Shown here piece after piece: positions 39,036 through 49,064 of a stretch of DNA of 64,000 nucleotides (positions are counted from its first letter, which is position 1; each line of letters opens with the position of its first letter). Under the pieces are notes generated by a model that was not told where the DNA came from, made no database searches, and saw only the letters and a list, made by a program, of their open reading frames with translations. Where the stretch lies: positions 64,001-128,000 of IMG/VR virus record IMGVR_UViG_3300025645_000038; one strand, given 5' to 3'. The DNA is from a virus. A program made the translations under genes and the position numbers.

Positions 39036-40769
39036 ATGGCTAAAAAAGTTGATAGTAGAGAACAGGTAATAAACTTAAAAAAACAGACTGAAGAGTTAAG
39101 AAAACAAAGTGAAGTTATGCGTAGTCATAACGACTACTCTAAGTCATATACTCAGTCTCTTGAAAAGGGTAGATCTATTCTCAAAGATATAACTGGTTTA
39201 CAAAGTGACCAAGCACAGATTTCAAAAAATACTCAAAGTATTGAGAAGAATATAAGCGCTCTTTTCGCAAAAAAAGAAAAGAGTGAAGCACTAATAAATA
39301 GTCTAAAGATAAGTCAATACTCTAATAGTAAAAAATTAACATCAGAAGCAAAAAACTTTTCTGGTCTTACCGATAGATTTTTGAAAGGTGAAGTAGAGTT
39401 GGATGAACTTTACAGAGCTAGAGAACAATTTATTGGAACAGACTTTTACAACACACTCGAAGAGTTAATTGAACTTATGGAAAAGTCCCCAAACTTATCA
39501 GAAAAATTAAGTTTAGAGGCTGATGCTCAAAAGAAGATAGACGATTTTAGAAAAAAGGTAAAAGAAACTTCAGCTTTTCTAAGTAGTCCAAAGGCTATGG
39601 GAGTAGCTGCTGTAGGATTACTGGTTCAACAGATGGGTGATTTTGCTAGTAAGGCTTTTGAAGCTAGACAATCTTTAGGAACAACAGCAGTTGAGTCAGC
39701 TAGAGTAGCTGGTAATCTAAAAGTAGCTGGGTTAGCTGCTAAAGCTGTTGGTGGTAGTTCAGAACAAGCTGAAGCAGCTGTAATGTCATTGGTTGATGAG
39801 TTTGGTTCTGTATCCGTTATAAGTGCTGGTGTATCAAAACAATTAGGTTTGGTAACAGGTCAGTTTGGTTTAAGTGGAGACAATGCTGGTAAGTTATTAA
39901 AACAAATGCAGGCTATAAATGGTTCTTCAATAGAAACCAATCTAAATCTAATAAGTTCTGTTGGTGAACTTGCAAGAGCTGAAGGAGTTGCGCCTGCTAA
40001 AGTTCTAAACGACATAGCTGGAGATACGGAGACATTTGCTAAGTTCGCAAAAGATGGTGGAAAAAATATAGGTGCAGCTGCTATTCAAGCTGCTAAGTTA
40101 GGTTTAAATATGTCTACAGTAGCCGGTATAGCTGAAAATCTATTAGACTTTGAGAGTTCGATAGAAAAGCAGATGGAAGCATCTGTTCTATTGGGTAGAC
40201 AACTTAACTTAGATAAAGCTAGAGAGTTGTCCTTAATGGGAGACTTAGAAGGTTTACAAAAAGAAGTATTAAAACAAGTTGGTTCAGAAGCTGATTTTAA
40301 CGCTATGAATGTGATGCAAAGAAAAGCTCTTGCTGATGCTATCGGTGTTAGTGTTGCCGACTTAGGTAAGATGGTAGCTGGTGAACAAACATCAGCACAG
40401 GCAGCAGCTGATAAGGTTAAAGCTCAAGAGAAATCATTAAAATTACAAGAAAAAGCTTCTTACGCAGCTTTAGTGACAGCAGCTGCACAAATCGGTGCAA
40501 GTTTTGGAAAATTTGGTCCAGTTGGATTTGCACTAGCCATACCCGCAATTATGAAGTTATATTCTTTAGCAAAAGGAGCTCCAAAAGCTCAAACCGGTGG
40601 TGTAGTAAGAGAAACCGGTATGGCTGTAGTGCACAAAGGTGAGACGATAGCTGGAACTCAGTTTGGTGGTAGAGAAAGTAATAACTTACTAAAAGAATTA
40701 ATTAAACAAAACTCAACCTTAATGGGTAGACTAACAAACAAAGTTGGTGAAATGGCATTAGGTTCATAG
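39036..40769 (+). CDS. Tape measure protein
   Basis: Ala-rich helical protein with LLDFESSIEKQMEASVLLGRQLNLDKAR; lies after the tube and chaperone genes. Confidence 0.75.
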   Translation: MAKKVDSREQVINLKKQTEELRKQSEVMRSHNDYSKSYTQSLEKGRSILKDITGLQSDQAQISKNTQSIEKNISALFAKKEKSEALINSLKISQYSNSKKLTSEAKNFSGLTDRFLKGEVELDELYRAREQFIGTDFYNTLEELIELMEKSPNLSEKLSLEADAQKKIDDFRKKVKETSAFLSSPKAMGVAAVGLLVQQMGDFASKAFEARQSLGTTAVESARVAGNLKVAGLAAKAVGGSSEQAEAAVMSLVDEFGSVSVISAGVSKQLGLVTGQFGLSGDNAGKLLKQMQAINGSSIETNLNLISSVGELARAEGVAPAKVLNDIAGDTETFAKFAKDGGKNIGAAAIQAAKLGLNMSTVAGIAENLLDFESSIEKQMEASVLLGRQLNLDKARELSLMGDLEGLQKEVLKQVGSEADFNAMNVMQRKALADAIGVSVADLGKMVAGEQTSAQAAADKVKAQEKSLKLQEKASYAALVTAAAQIGASFGKFGPVGFALAIPAIMKLYSLAKGAPKAQTGGVVRETGMAVVHKGETIAGTQFGGRESNNLLKELIKQNSTLMGRLTNKVGEMALGS

Positions 40770-40779
40770 GAGATAAGAA

Positions 40780-43230
40780 GTGGCTTTAGAAGACTTAGTA
40801 TCAGACTTATCTAATTTCAAAGGACAATCTCAGTACGATGATTTAGATGGTCAGATAAAAAATGGTGTGGATTTTATTCCTAATACGGATGCTCCTGGTT
40901 TTACTCCTAAAACAGATTTAGAGTCTTTATACAATAAAGTTAAAGATGGTACAGTGGTTGCTCCAAACTCTGGAGTGGTATCTAATGAGAAAACAAGAAA
41001 TCCTTATGGTGCACAAGGAGAGTATCTTGTTGCTAACGGAATAGGTATAGCAAATCCATCTCATATAATAAGTGGTGATAATATCTTGGGAGTCAAGGTA
41101 CAACCACAATTCGTAACAGACTTTATGACCACACCATTAGCTGATTACAATAGTAGATTTTCACTATCCACACCTTTGGGTGCAGGAACTAAAACACTTA
41201 AAGTTAGAAAAGAGTCTTTTAGAACAGTAGAGGGTGAATCTCCATTTGATAAATTTATAAAACCATTTTCTGTAGAAACAACAAAAAACATTTACGGAGA
41301 TAGCGACTATATAAAAGATTTATTTGAGTTTAGAAAAGATGGTAGGGATACATTTAAAAACGTTCCAAATGGAGTGGATGGTAATGGTTTATTTAGTACT
41401 GCTGATTTTAGAAAGGTAGCTAACAAAGGCCCATTTGATGGTAACAACACTCATCCAATTATATTAAGAAAGCCGGGTTCAAATTGGGACAGTGTTCTAT
41501 CAGAAACACCTGGATTAGGTGGAACGATAGGTGGTGTTTTACAAGGTGCTTTAAGCGTATTTGGTTTACTAACAAAGAGTTCAAGAAATATTGCTGATAA
41601 AGCTAGAATAGGTACTTATTTGTTATCAGATCCTGGTAAATTATTTATTGCTAAACAATTTGGTATGCAATTACTTAATCCTACAATAGAAAGTAAGATA
41701 TACAATCCTCTTTCTACTTTAGGTATAGCTGGAGCAAATAGTTTACTGGATGGAGATGTAAGGGGATTATTACAGGCAGCTGCTTCTTTTATCTTACCTG
41801 TAAGTCATGTAGAAAGACATTTAGGTGGTGGTAGATATGAGGATATAATGCCGTTAAGAGAATTGCCTGCTATGGCAAAACTTTTACTACCTGGCGCAAT
41901 AAAAAGTGTAATTCCTGATAATGGCTTTGATACAAAAGCTAAATATGGTTTTGGTAGTAGACTTGCTTTACAAAGTAATCCTGAAATAATACCAGAAGTA
42001 TCAGCATACGGTTACACCATTGGTGGAAAAGATTTAGGAACTTCTTTACTTTTTATGAATCCTAATAAATATTTATTCCCAATTTCATCTGCTCCTAAAA
42101 GTATTGGTCCTGATGGTAGTATTTCATTTTTAGGTGGTCCTAGATTTGCTGCTGTGGATGCTGATAGAGCTGAAAATACACAAAAAATAGGAAATACTCA
42201 TGGTGGTGTTACTTTCAATGACGCAGCTTCAAATAATTTTGGTAGAGCAGCAAATGGTACTGGTGATAGAACAAGATTTCATACATCAACATATTCTGAA
42301 CTAAGAAGAGAAAACAGATATGAGAAAGATATTAAAACATCAGCAGTAAACCAAAATACACATATGCAAAATACTGAAGAAAGAAGAAAAGAGTATAAAA
42401 AGATAAATGATAATATAGGTAATCCTGGAGGAACTACTTTTTCAACAACAAATGGTACAGGAATAGTTGTTAATGAAATACTTGGTGGTGGTGTAAAAAG
42501 AGGACAAGGCCCTAGTACAATATCAAGTGCTGTAGATAAAGTTAACATTATTCCATATGGTAGTGATGGTAATGGGGACATACCTACCGATCATCAAAGT
42601 ACAAAAGATTTTATTAAATTTAGGTTCTTTGATGTGGTGAACAAAAAGTTCATTATATTTAGAGCTATTTTAGAAGGCATAACAGATACCATTACGCCGG
42701 AGTATAGTGAGGAAAGATATATTGGTAGGCCTGATAAACTATTTACATATCAAGGTGTTGATAGAAGTTTATCGTTTACTTTTAGTATCTATCCCAAAAC
42801 AAAACAAGAGTTGCCAGTTTTGATGGAGAAATTAAATTACTTAATAGGGTTGTGTTATCCATCATTTACAACAGGTGACAGAATGGTTACACCATTTATA
42901 GATTTAACATTAGGTGATATGTTTGTGAGTACTCCTGGTATTTTGAGTTCTCTAACAGTTACTGTTGAGGAGCAAAGCACATGGGAAATAACCGATGGTT
43001 TACAATTTCCACATTTTATAAAAGCTGCATGTGAGTTTAGACATATTGGTAAGCATGTTCCTGTATCAACAGGTAGACATTATGATTTACCATTTGGGTT
43101 AGATGACGCAAGACAAAAACAAATTGATAGATTTACAAGCGATAAAGCATTTGGATTTAATCAGTATCCAAGTAGAAAAGAAGATTTTAGAAAAGAAATA
43201 TTTGGTTCTTTAGGACAACCAAACGAATAG
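40780..43230 (+). CDS. Baseplate/tail-tube initiator-like protein
   Basis: C-terminal FRAILEGITD...YIGRPDKLFTYQGVDRSLSFTF...LTLGDMF tube-like domain. Confidence 0.6.
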   Translation: MALEDLVSDLSNFKGQSQYDDLDGQIKNGVDFIPNTDAPGFTPKTDLESLYNKVKDGTVVAPNSGVVSNEKTRNPYGAQGEYLVANGIGIANPSHIISGDNILGVKVQPQFVTDFMTTPLADYNSRFSLSTPLGAGTKTLKVRKESFRTVEGESPFDKFIKPFSVETTKNIYGDSDYIKDLFEFRKDGRDTFKNVPNGVDGNGLFSTADFRKVANKGPFDGNNTHPIILRKPGSNWDSVLSETPGLGGTIGGVLQGALSVFGLLTKSSRNIADKARIGTYLLSDPGKLFIAKQFGMQLLNPTIESKIYNPLSTLGIAGANSLLDGDVRGLLQAAASFILPVSHVERHLGGGRYEDIMPLRELPAMAKLLLPGAIKSVIPDNGFDTKAKYGFGSRLALQSNPEIIPEVSAYGYTIGGKDLGTSLLFMNPNKYLFPISSAPKSIGPDGSISFLGGPRFAAVDADRAENTQKIGNTHGGVTFNDAASNNFGRAANGTGDRTRFHTSTYSELRRENRYEKDIKTSAVNQNTHMQNTEERRKEYKKINDNIGNPGGTTFSTTNGTGIVVNEILGGGVKRGQGPSTISSAVDKVNIIPYGSDGNGDIPTDHQSTKDFIKFRFFDVVNKKFIIFRAILEGITDTITPEYSEERYIGRPDKLFTYQGVDRSLSFTFSIYPKTKQELPVLMEKLNYLIGLCYPSFTTGDRMVTPFIDLTLGDMFVSTPGILSSLTVTVEEQSTWEITDGLQFPHFIKAACEFRHIGKHVPVSTGRHYDLPFGLDDARQKQIDRFTSDKAFGFNQYPSRKEDFRKEIFGSLGQPNE

Positions 43231-43238
43231 GGTAAGTT

Positions 43239-43529
43239 ATGAGATACAAAAGTAATGTAATAAAAAAAGATAGAAACAATGTCAGATACTATAAACCAAG
43301 AATAGTACCTAACATACCTATAAAAGATAGTGATATTTTTATTTATCCATTATATGGTGATAGGTTTGATACATTAGCTCAAAGGTATTATGAAGACTCT
43401 AATCTTTGGTGGATTATTGCTAAAGCTAATGAAATCGGTAACGGTAAAATAGCTCCAAATCCTGAAAAAAAACTTAGAATACCAACAGAGATAGATGATA
43501 TATTAGAATCAATAAACAAAGCTAATTAA
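43239..43529 (+). CDS. LysM-like baseplate protein (gp53 / tail X-like)
   Basis: GDRFDTLAQRYYEDSNLWWIIAKAN...LRIP. Confidence 0.8.
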   Translation: MRYKSNVIKKDRNNVRYYKPRIVPNIPIKDSDIFIYPLYGDRFDTLAQRYYEDSNLWWIIAKANEIGNGKIAPNPEKKLRIPTEIDDILESINKAN

Positions 43530-43531
43530 AT

Positions 43532-46500
43532 ATGTATACAAAGTTTATATCAAAACCCATTCAAGAAAAGTTGAAAGCTAAAGAACGAGCGCTCGCACGT
43601 TTAGGTAAACCATCACAACAACAACAGAATGACGACTCTTTGGAGCTAAAAGATTTAGCAAGTAGAACAATTTTCGTGAGAATGTGTTCTAACAAATCTA
43701 AAGTTCCAAATATATTAATATCAGGTGGTGAACACAACGAAAGGGGTATACCTTTAGGATTTGGAGATTCCTATAAAGATAGAACAGGTAATGTAGACGA
43801 AGAAGGTAATCCTATAGATAATTCTGGCATAAAAGCAGTGCCTGGTGTAAAGGATATTAGTGTTGAGTATAAAGGTGGATTTAAAGCTATTAGAGAGTGT
43901 ACAATAAATTGGACTGTACCTGCTATAGAAGATTTAGATAGATTAACACCATACTTTTTAACTGTTGGTAAGACAGTTGTTGTAGATTGGGGTTGGGTAA
44001 ATGCTAATAAAAAGAGTTTAAGGCAACAGATTGGTGTCGAACCTTTTATTCAAAGAAATATAGATGTTGCGAATAACACTGTAAACTATTCCGTTGACCA
44101 AGAGATATTTACAAATCCCCAACAAAGAGTTATAGAGGCTGGTGGTGATTATGATGCAATAGGTGGAAGGATAAAAAACTTTAATTATACTCTAAGAGAA
44201 GATGGTGGGTTTGATTGTATAACCACTATTACCGCTCTAGGTGCAGCCCTTTTCCATAAACCAGTAGATGTTAGTGGTGATAAACAAGGAACAAGAAAGT
44301 CTAAGAAAGATAATAGTCCTGTATTCACACCACCTGATACTTTGATTAATTTTTTACTTAATTTAAAGAATGTGCTTAAATACGATGTATTGGGTATAGA
44401 AAAAGACAGAGAATTTGAATCATTATACGAATTATCTAAAGGGGAAAGAGGATTGTATAGTAGTGCTGTTTACCATACAAGCTACTCACTTAGTGGTAAG
44501 AAAAAATTCGCTGTATCAAAAAATTTTTCTTGTATAATAGTTAATGATTCTAAAAATCCTGATGTTATTTTAACTGTTCATCCAGAAGGAAAAACTGATA
44601 TTTTCGTGACTTGGGGATATTTTGAAGACCAAATATTAAACAGATACTTATCTTACAGTGGTGGTTCAGAAGATGGTTCTGGAATAAAAATGACTATGAG
44701 AAGTACAGATACAATTTTAGATGCAGAAGGAAAGGCTATTTCTACTGAAGATTTAGATGGAGCTATTATTGAAAGATATGGTGTGAATTTAGACATACCA
44801 TCTGACGATTATAACTCCACATTAAAACAGACTACTCTAATTAGATATCCGTCTTTACTTTATCCTACAGACCCAATGAAGTTTTTTATTTTAGAGACAA
44901 ACTCATTGATTGTCGCTACTGATAAGAAAACAGGAGCTATTAGTGAAGAGGGTTTGAAAACATCTTTTTTCAAAGAGAAACTTCAGGCTGCAGGGGATGT
45001 CAAAAAAAGAATTAAAGAGTTTTTACACGCTTTTTTAGATATGGGATTTCAAAACAAAGCTGACTTTTCTTCTAAATCATTTAATGCACAGAACATTGGA
45101 ACTCGTGGTAAAGGTAAACTTAGAAATATATACGTTAATATAAAAGAGATACAGAGAGCATTTGGTATAACTAATGCCGATTCTAATGATACGACTAAAA
45201 ATAATGTGAGTCCACCTGGAACCATCGGCGCAGCTATGACAAATCTTCTTAATGAACTTAATGGTAATTTTCATAATTGTTGGGATTTTGATTTAGCGGT
45301 TGACCAATACGATTCGACAAATATAAAAGTTGTAGATAAATCCGATACAAATACTGATAACCCTAAATACACAACTTATGAGGGCGGGGTAGATGATAAA
45401 GAGGGTAGGAACAGTCACAAGGTTCAAGACTTGGGTTTATTTAAGTTTCCATCATTTAAGATAGGCAGTATAGTCAAGACACAGAATTTAGAATTTAAGA
45501 TTCCTGACGCACAAGCAATCACGATACTATATGGTTCTAATAAAGAAAAAGGACAAAGTGATTCCTCTGCTAAATCACGATTGGATAAACTCTTTAGGTT
45601 GGATAAAGTAGATACTGATAAAGATCCTTACGCAGATAAATTTTTAGAAAGTTTGGAAACATCAAACTTTAAGGTAGAAGATAAAGTTATAGGTGAAGCT
45701 ACCCAGAGTATAGTTGTTAGTAGACGGGTGGGTAGTTATCAATCGGATGAAAATTCAAAAATTGTTGAGGGAGAAGGTATATCTCTGAATATCAAAGAAT
45801 CTCCGTATGAGTGGAAACGATACTTACCTGATGTTGAAAAGACTGATAAACCCGATTCTAATCCAAAAACAACAACTAATTATGAAGTAGACGATTTTGG
45901 TAATCTTAAATATGTGACTAGAAAAATAACGAAAGACGGAAAAAATCCCATACATTTATCTCGCGATAATACTTTCTATAGTTACGATACAACAAACAAA
46001 ACATTAGTATTAGAATCAAATGCACAAGGTGCTTTAAATAGTTACATAAATGCTAGTTCACCGACTGCTGAGTACGATGTCAACTCTTTGATACCAGCAG
46101 ATTTAACTTTAGAAATAGATGGTACAGGAGGTATAATACCAGGTGACATAATTCAAACCGACTACATACAGAACAAATATAAAGCTTCCATCTCATTTAC
46201 AGACTTAAAAGGAAAAAGAACAGACGCAGGTCCTTTGACTTATTTTCAGCTATTCGGAGTTACTCAAAAGATAGACCCGAGTGGTTGGAAGACAGAACTA
46301 ACAAGTAAAATGAGAATCAATTATATAAATGATGGTATAGACTTAGAGTACAAAGTTCCTGTTGATAATCCCCTTAATCCCAAAACATCCACAATCCAAA
46401 ATTCAGACGAACCTGAAAGACCATTTATTTCAATACCAATAGAAGAAGAGGATATAGTAGGTGACCAAGTACTAGATGATTTAGATTTTGAAGATATTCC

Positions 46501-47512
46501 GGAGTTTCAAGAAATACCAGCTCCTGTGAGTAGACCAAACATACCAGTTCCTATTGATGATGAGGACATTGCAGATGACGTTGAATTAGAAGATTTAGAC
46601 TTTGATGAAATACCACCTTGGATACCACCACCTTACCCATCTACATTATCTTTGAGAAGAGCTAAAATTGAAATAGAAAACCAACCGGAGAGAGTTCCTG
46701 ATGAGTCTCCACCTGATGTTCCACTAATTCCTGTAGGTGGTATGTTATCATCTGAAGATATAAATGCTCTTATAGCACAAGGACTTGAAAGTAGTAATAT
46801 ATCAGGCAACAGTACAGACTTAGTAGAGTACCCACCTGAACCAGACCCAAGAGCTGAACCAGCTCTACCATCTCAACCGATAAGAAGAGGTGGGGATTAT
46901 GGTAATCTAGATCCATTATCTTTACTTGACCAGATAAAGTCACAGAAGATTATATATGTTCAACCAGCTCCTGAGCTAACCAATGAAACTGGAGAAGTTC
47001 AGAAACCACAAAGGTTTGAAGCACCACAAGTAGAAGAGCTTAACTTTGAAAGTCCTGTTGAGGCTACGATTGCTGTAAATGAAAATATTAAGAAAGAGTT
47101 ACCAAAGGAGATAGTGGTTGCAACTCCACAAGAGTTGAACTTCATCGAAAAGAAGTCTACATACAACTTCAGTCTTGACCATAATCGAATACTTTACAAT
47201 CTAAGAGAGGATTGGAGACCTTTATACAAAAAAACTAATGGTAGTTTGACCGGTGCTAGATTTTCAGGTAAAGGTGAGGATAGGGTTGAGAATACATTGG
47301 TCAGAAGTGGACAACCAAAAGAGATAAGACAAGCTTATTGGGATGCTTACATTGAAGGTAAGAATGAAAGTGGTAAATCACAAACTAAATTTGTGGATAA
47401 GGATAATTTTACAATATTTCCTCCTGTACAACCAACAGGTGATTTATTAAGAAGAGAAAGAGATACTTATTGGTATGGGGAGTGGAATCCAGGATACACA
47501 CCACCATCATAG
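43532..47512 (+). CDS. Large baseplate hub-like protein with an acidic Pro-rich C-terminal region
   Basis: PGVKDISV, VVDWGW, NFNYTLREDGGFDC, LTLEIDGTGGI and VTQKIDPSGWKTEL; follows the LysM gene. Confidence 0.55.
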   Translation: MYTKFISKPIQEKLKAKERALARLGKPSQQQQNDDSLELKDLASRTIFVRMCSNKSKVPNILISGGEHNERGIPLGFGDSYKDRTGNVDEEGNPIDNSGIKAVPGVKDISVEYKGGFKAIRECTINWTVPAIEDLDRLTPYFLTVGKTVVVDWGWVNANKKSLRQQIGVEPFIQRNIDVANNTVNYSVDQEIFTNPQQRVIEAGGDYDAIGGRIKNFNYTLREDGGFDCITTITALGAALFHKPVDVSGDKQGTRKSKKDNSPVFTPPDTLINFLLNLKNVLKYDVLGIEKDREFESLYELSKGERGLYSSAVYHTSYSLSGKKKFAVSKNFSCIIVNDSKNPDVILTVHPEGKTDIFVTWGYFEDQILNRYLSYSGGSEDGSGIKMTMRSTDTILDAEGKAISTEDLDGAIIERYGVNLDIPSDDYNSTLKQTTLIRYPSLLYPTDPMKFFILETNSLIVATDKKTGAISEEGLKTSFFKEKLQAAGDVKKRIKEFLHAFLDMGFQNKADFSSKSFNAQNIGTRGKGKLRNIYVNIKEIQRAFGITNADSNDTTKNNVSPPGTIGAAMTNLLNELNGNFHNCWDFDLAVDQYDSTNIKVVDKSDTNTDNPKYTTYEGGVDDKEGRNSHKVQDLGLFKFPSFKIGSIVKTQNLEFKIPDAQAITILYGSNKEKGQSDSSAKSRLDKLFRLDKVDTDKDPYADKFLESLETSNFKVEDKVIGEATQSIVVSRRVGSYQSDENSKIVEGEGISLNIKESPYEWKRYLPDVEKTDKPDSNPKTTTNYEVDDFGNLKYVTRKITKDGKNPIHLSRDNTFYSYDTTNKTLVLESNAQGALNSYINASSPTAEYDVNSLIPADLTLEIDGTGGIIPGDIIQTDYIQNKYKASISFTDLKGKRTDAGPLTYFQLFGVTQKIDPSGWKTELTSKMRINYINDGIDLEYKVPVDNPLNPKTSTIQNSDEPERPFISIPIEEEDIVGDQVLDDLDFEDIPEFQEIPAPVSRPNIPVPIDDEDIADDVELEDLDFDEIPPWIPPPYPSTLSLRRAKIEIENQPERVPDESPPDVPLIPVGGMLSSEDINALIAQGLESSNISGNSTDLVEYPPEPDPRAEPALPSQPIRRGGDYGNLDPLSLLDQIKSQKIIYVQPAPELTNETGEVQKPQRFEAPQVEELNFESPVEATIAVNENIKKELPKEIVVATPQELNFIEKKSTYNFSLDHNRILYNLREDWRPLYKKTNGSLTGARFSGKGEDRVENTLVRSGQPKEIRQAYWDAYIEGKNESGKSQTKFVDKDNFTIFPPVQPTGDLLRRERDTYWYGEWNPGYTPPS

Positions 47513-47522
47513 GAGATAAAGA

Positions 47523-48311
47523 ATGAGTGTTCAACTACAAGAATTTTTAGAAAAAAGAAGTAATAAGCTACCAAGAGTATCTCCTGCTATATCTGCTATA
47601 CACGAAAATACGGACAGAGTAGAAAAGAATAAGGTTGCTAAAGAGAAAGAATTTTACTCTAAAAGAGGAAAGTATATTTCAAAAGGATCTCTTTATCATG
47701 TACACTATACAAAAGATTTAGAGGTTCATTATATGACTGGTGGAGAACACAACGAAAGAACTCAGTTGATATTTAGAAAGAGTATTTTTGATAGCGACTT
47801 TGATTACTACAATACTTTAAACAAACAAGAGGTTGTACAATTAAAATCAACATCTAAACCACCAACCGAAGATGATTACAAGAATGGTACGATGACTAGA
47901 TACTTTGCTAAAAAAGCTAACGATACAAGGTCACCAGCATTCGAAGTTTCAGAAGATGATTTTGAATCATCACCTATGTACAACTTTGTATCATTACGCT
48001 GGTATATTAGAGGAAATAAGATTAGGGTTACTAAGTCAAATCAGAGAGAAATAAAGGTGGCTTCAATAAAGATACCTAACATTGGTAAGTTGCTACCTAT
48101 TCTACAATACTATCGTTCAGATTCTAAAGTTGGTGTTAGACAATCGATAATCGATAGGTTAGGAATAACAAGTGAACAAGGAGAGGCTCAACAAGAAACT
48201 ACCACAACAACACAAACAACAACTACTCCAAAAACTAATACACAACAAAACGCACCAACTGGTACTCCACCAGAAGTAATAACGCGTGGGGCTTACGGTG
48301 CTGGTAATTAA
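47523..48311 (+). CDS. Hypothetical baseplate-region protein
   Basis: PTEDDYKNGTMTRYFAKK motif; SD GGAG. Confidence 0.5.
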   Translation: MSVQLQEFLEKRSNKLPRVSPAISAIHENTDRVEKNKVAKEKEFYSKRGKYISKGSLYHVHYTKDLEVHYMTGGEHNERTQLIFRKSIFDSDFDYYNTLNKQEVVQLKSTSKPPTEDDYKNGTMTRYFAKKANDTRSPAFEVSEDDFESSPMYNFVSLRWYIRGNKIRVTKSNQREIKVASIKIPNIGKLLPILQYYRSDSKVGVRQSIIDRLGITSEQGEAQQETTTTTQTTTTPKTNTQQNAPTGTPPEVITRGAYGAGN

Positions 48312-48362
48312 TTTACATTTTGGGTTATCTATATAATACTTATATACAAATAGAGGTTACAT

Positions 48363-49064
48363 ATGAAAAGTAAAGTTTTAGACAAAGGCTTTATTGAGGT
48401 TATTGATTCGTTAGGAAACGATTTAACAGTCGTCAATTCAGCTAGAGTATCATTCGGTAAAAGAAAAACAAAGTTCGATAAGTCAGACGAAAGACTTGTT
48501 CGTTATCTTGCTAAACACAAACACTATTCACCATTCAGACATTTACAAGTTCAGTTCCATTTAAAAGCACCTGAGTTCGTGATGAGACAATGGTATAAAC
48601 ATGTAGTTGGGATAGAGACTACATCTAATAGTTCTACTAAAGACCATGCTTGGAATGAAATAAGTGGAAGATATGTTGAGTATGATGAGTTTTACGAACC
48701 AACCATTTACAGAAAACAATCTGATGATAACAAACAAGCATCAGAAGGTCAGTTTGAAGGTCAGTCTGAAATAGCAATAGCTGCTAATTGGAAACAAGCA
48801 CATAGTATGACTTTGACTGCTTACAAAAATATGATAGATGCTGGTATGGCTAAAGAACAAGCTCGTTGTATATTACCACTTACATTATACACAGAGGTAT
48901 ATTGGACAGCTTCCTTTCAGGCCGTAATGAATTTTATTGAGTTGAGAAACGAAAAGACTGCACAGATAGAGATACAAGATTATGCTAAGGTTCTATTAGA
49001 TTTAATGTTAGAGGTTTATCCGATGACAACTAAACTATGGGCTGAGGCACACGATTGGTTATAG
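48363..49064 (+). CDS. thyX: Flavin-dependent thymidylate synthase
   Basis: VNSARVSF, HYSPF, WNEISGRY, AKEQARCILP and LRN...AQIEI. Confidence 0.95.
   Translation: MKSKVLDKGFIEVIDSLGNDLTVVNSARVSFGKRKTKFDKSDERLVRYLAKHKHYSPFRHLQVQFHLKAPEFVMRQWYKHVVGIETTSNSSTKDHAWNEISGRYVEYDEFYEPTIYRKQSDDNKQASEGQFEGQSEIAIAANWKQAHSMTLTAYKNMIDAGMAKEQARCILPLTLYTEVYWTASFQAVMNFIELRNEKTAQIEIQDYAKVLLDLMLEVYPMTTKLWAEAHDWL

Noticed and set aside
22609-47512. Genome-wide TAG reassignment (genetic code 15)
   Set aside because: Conserved genes are full length in code 11; TAG appears only at gene ends, often overlapping the next SD, and downstream genes have their own SD.
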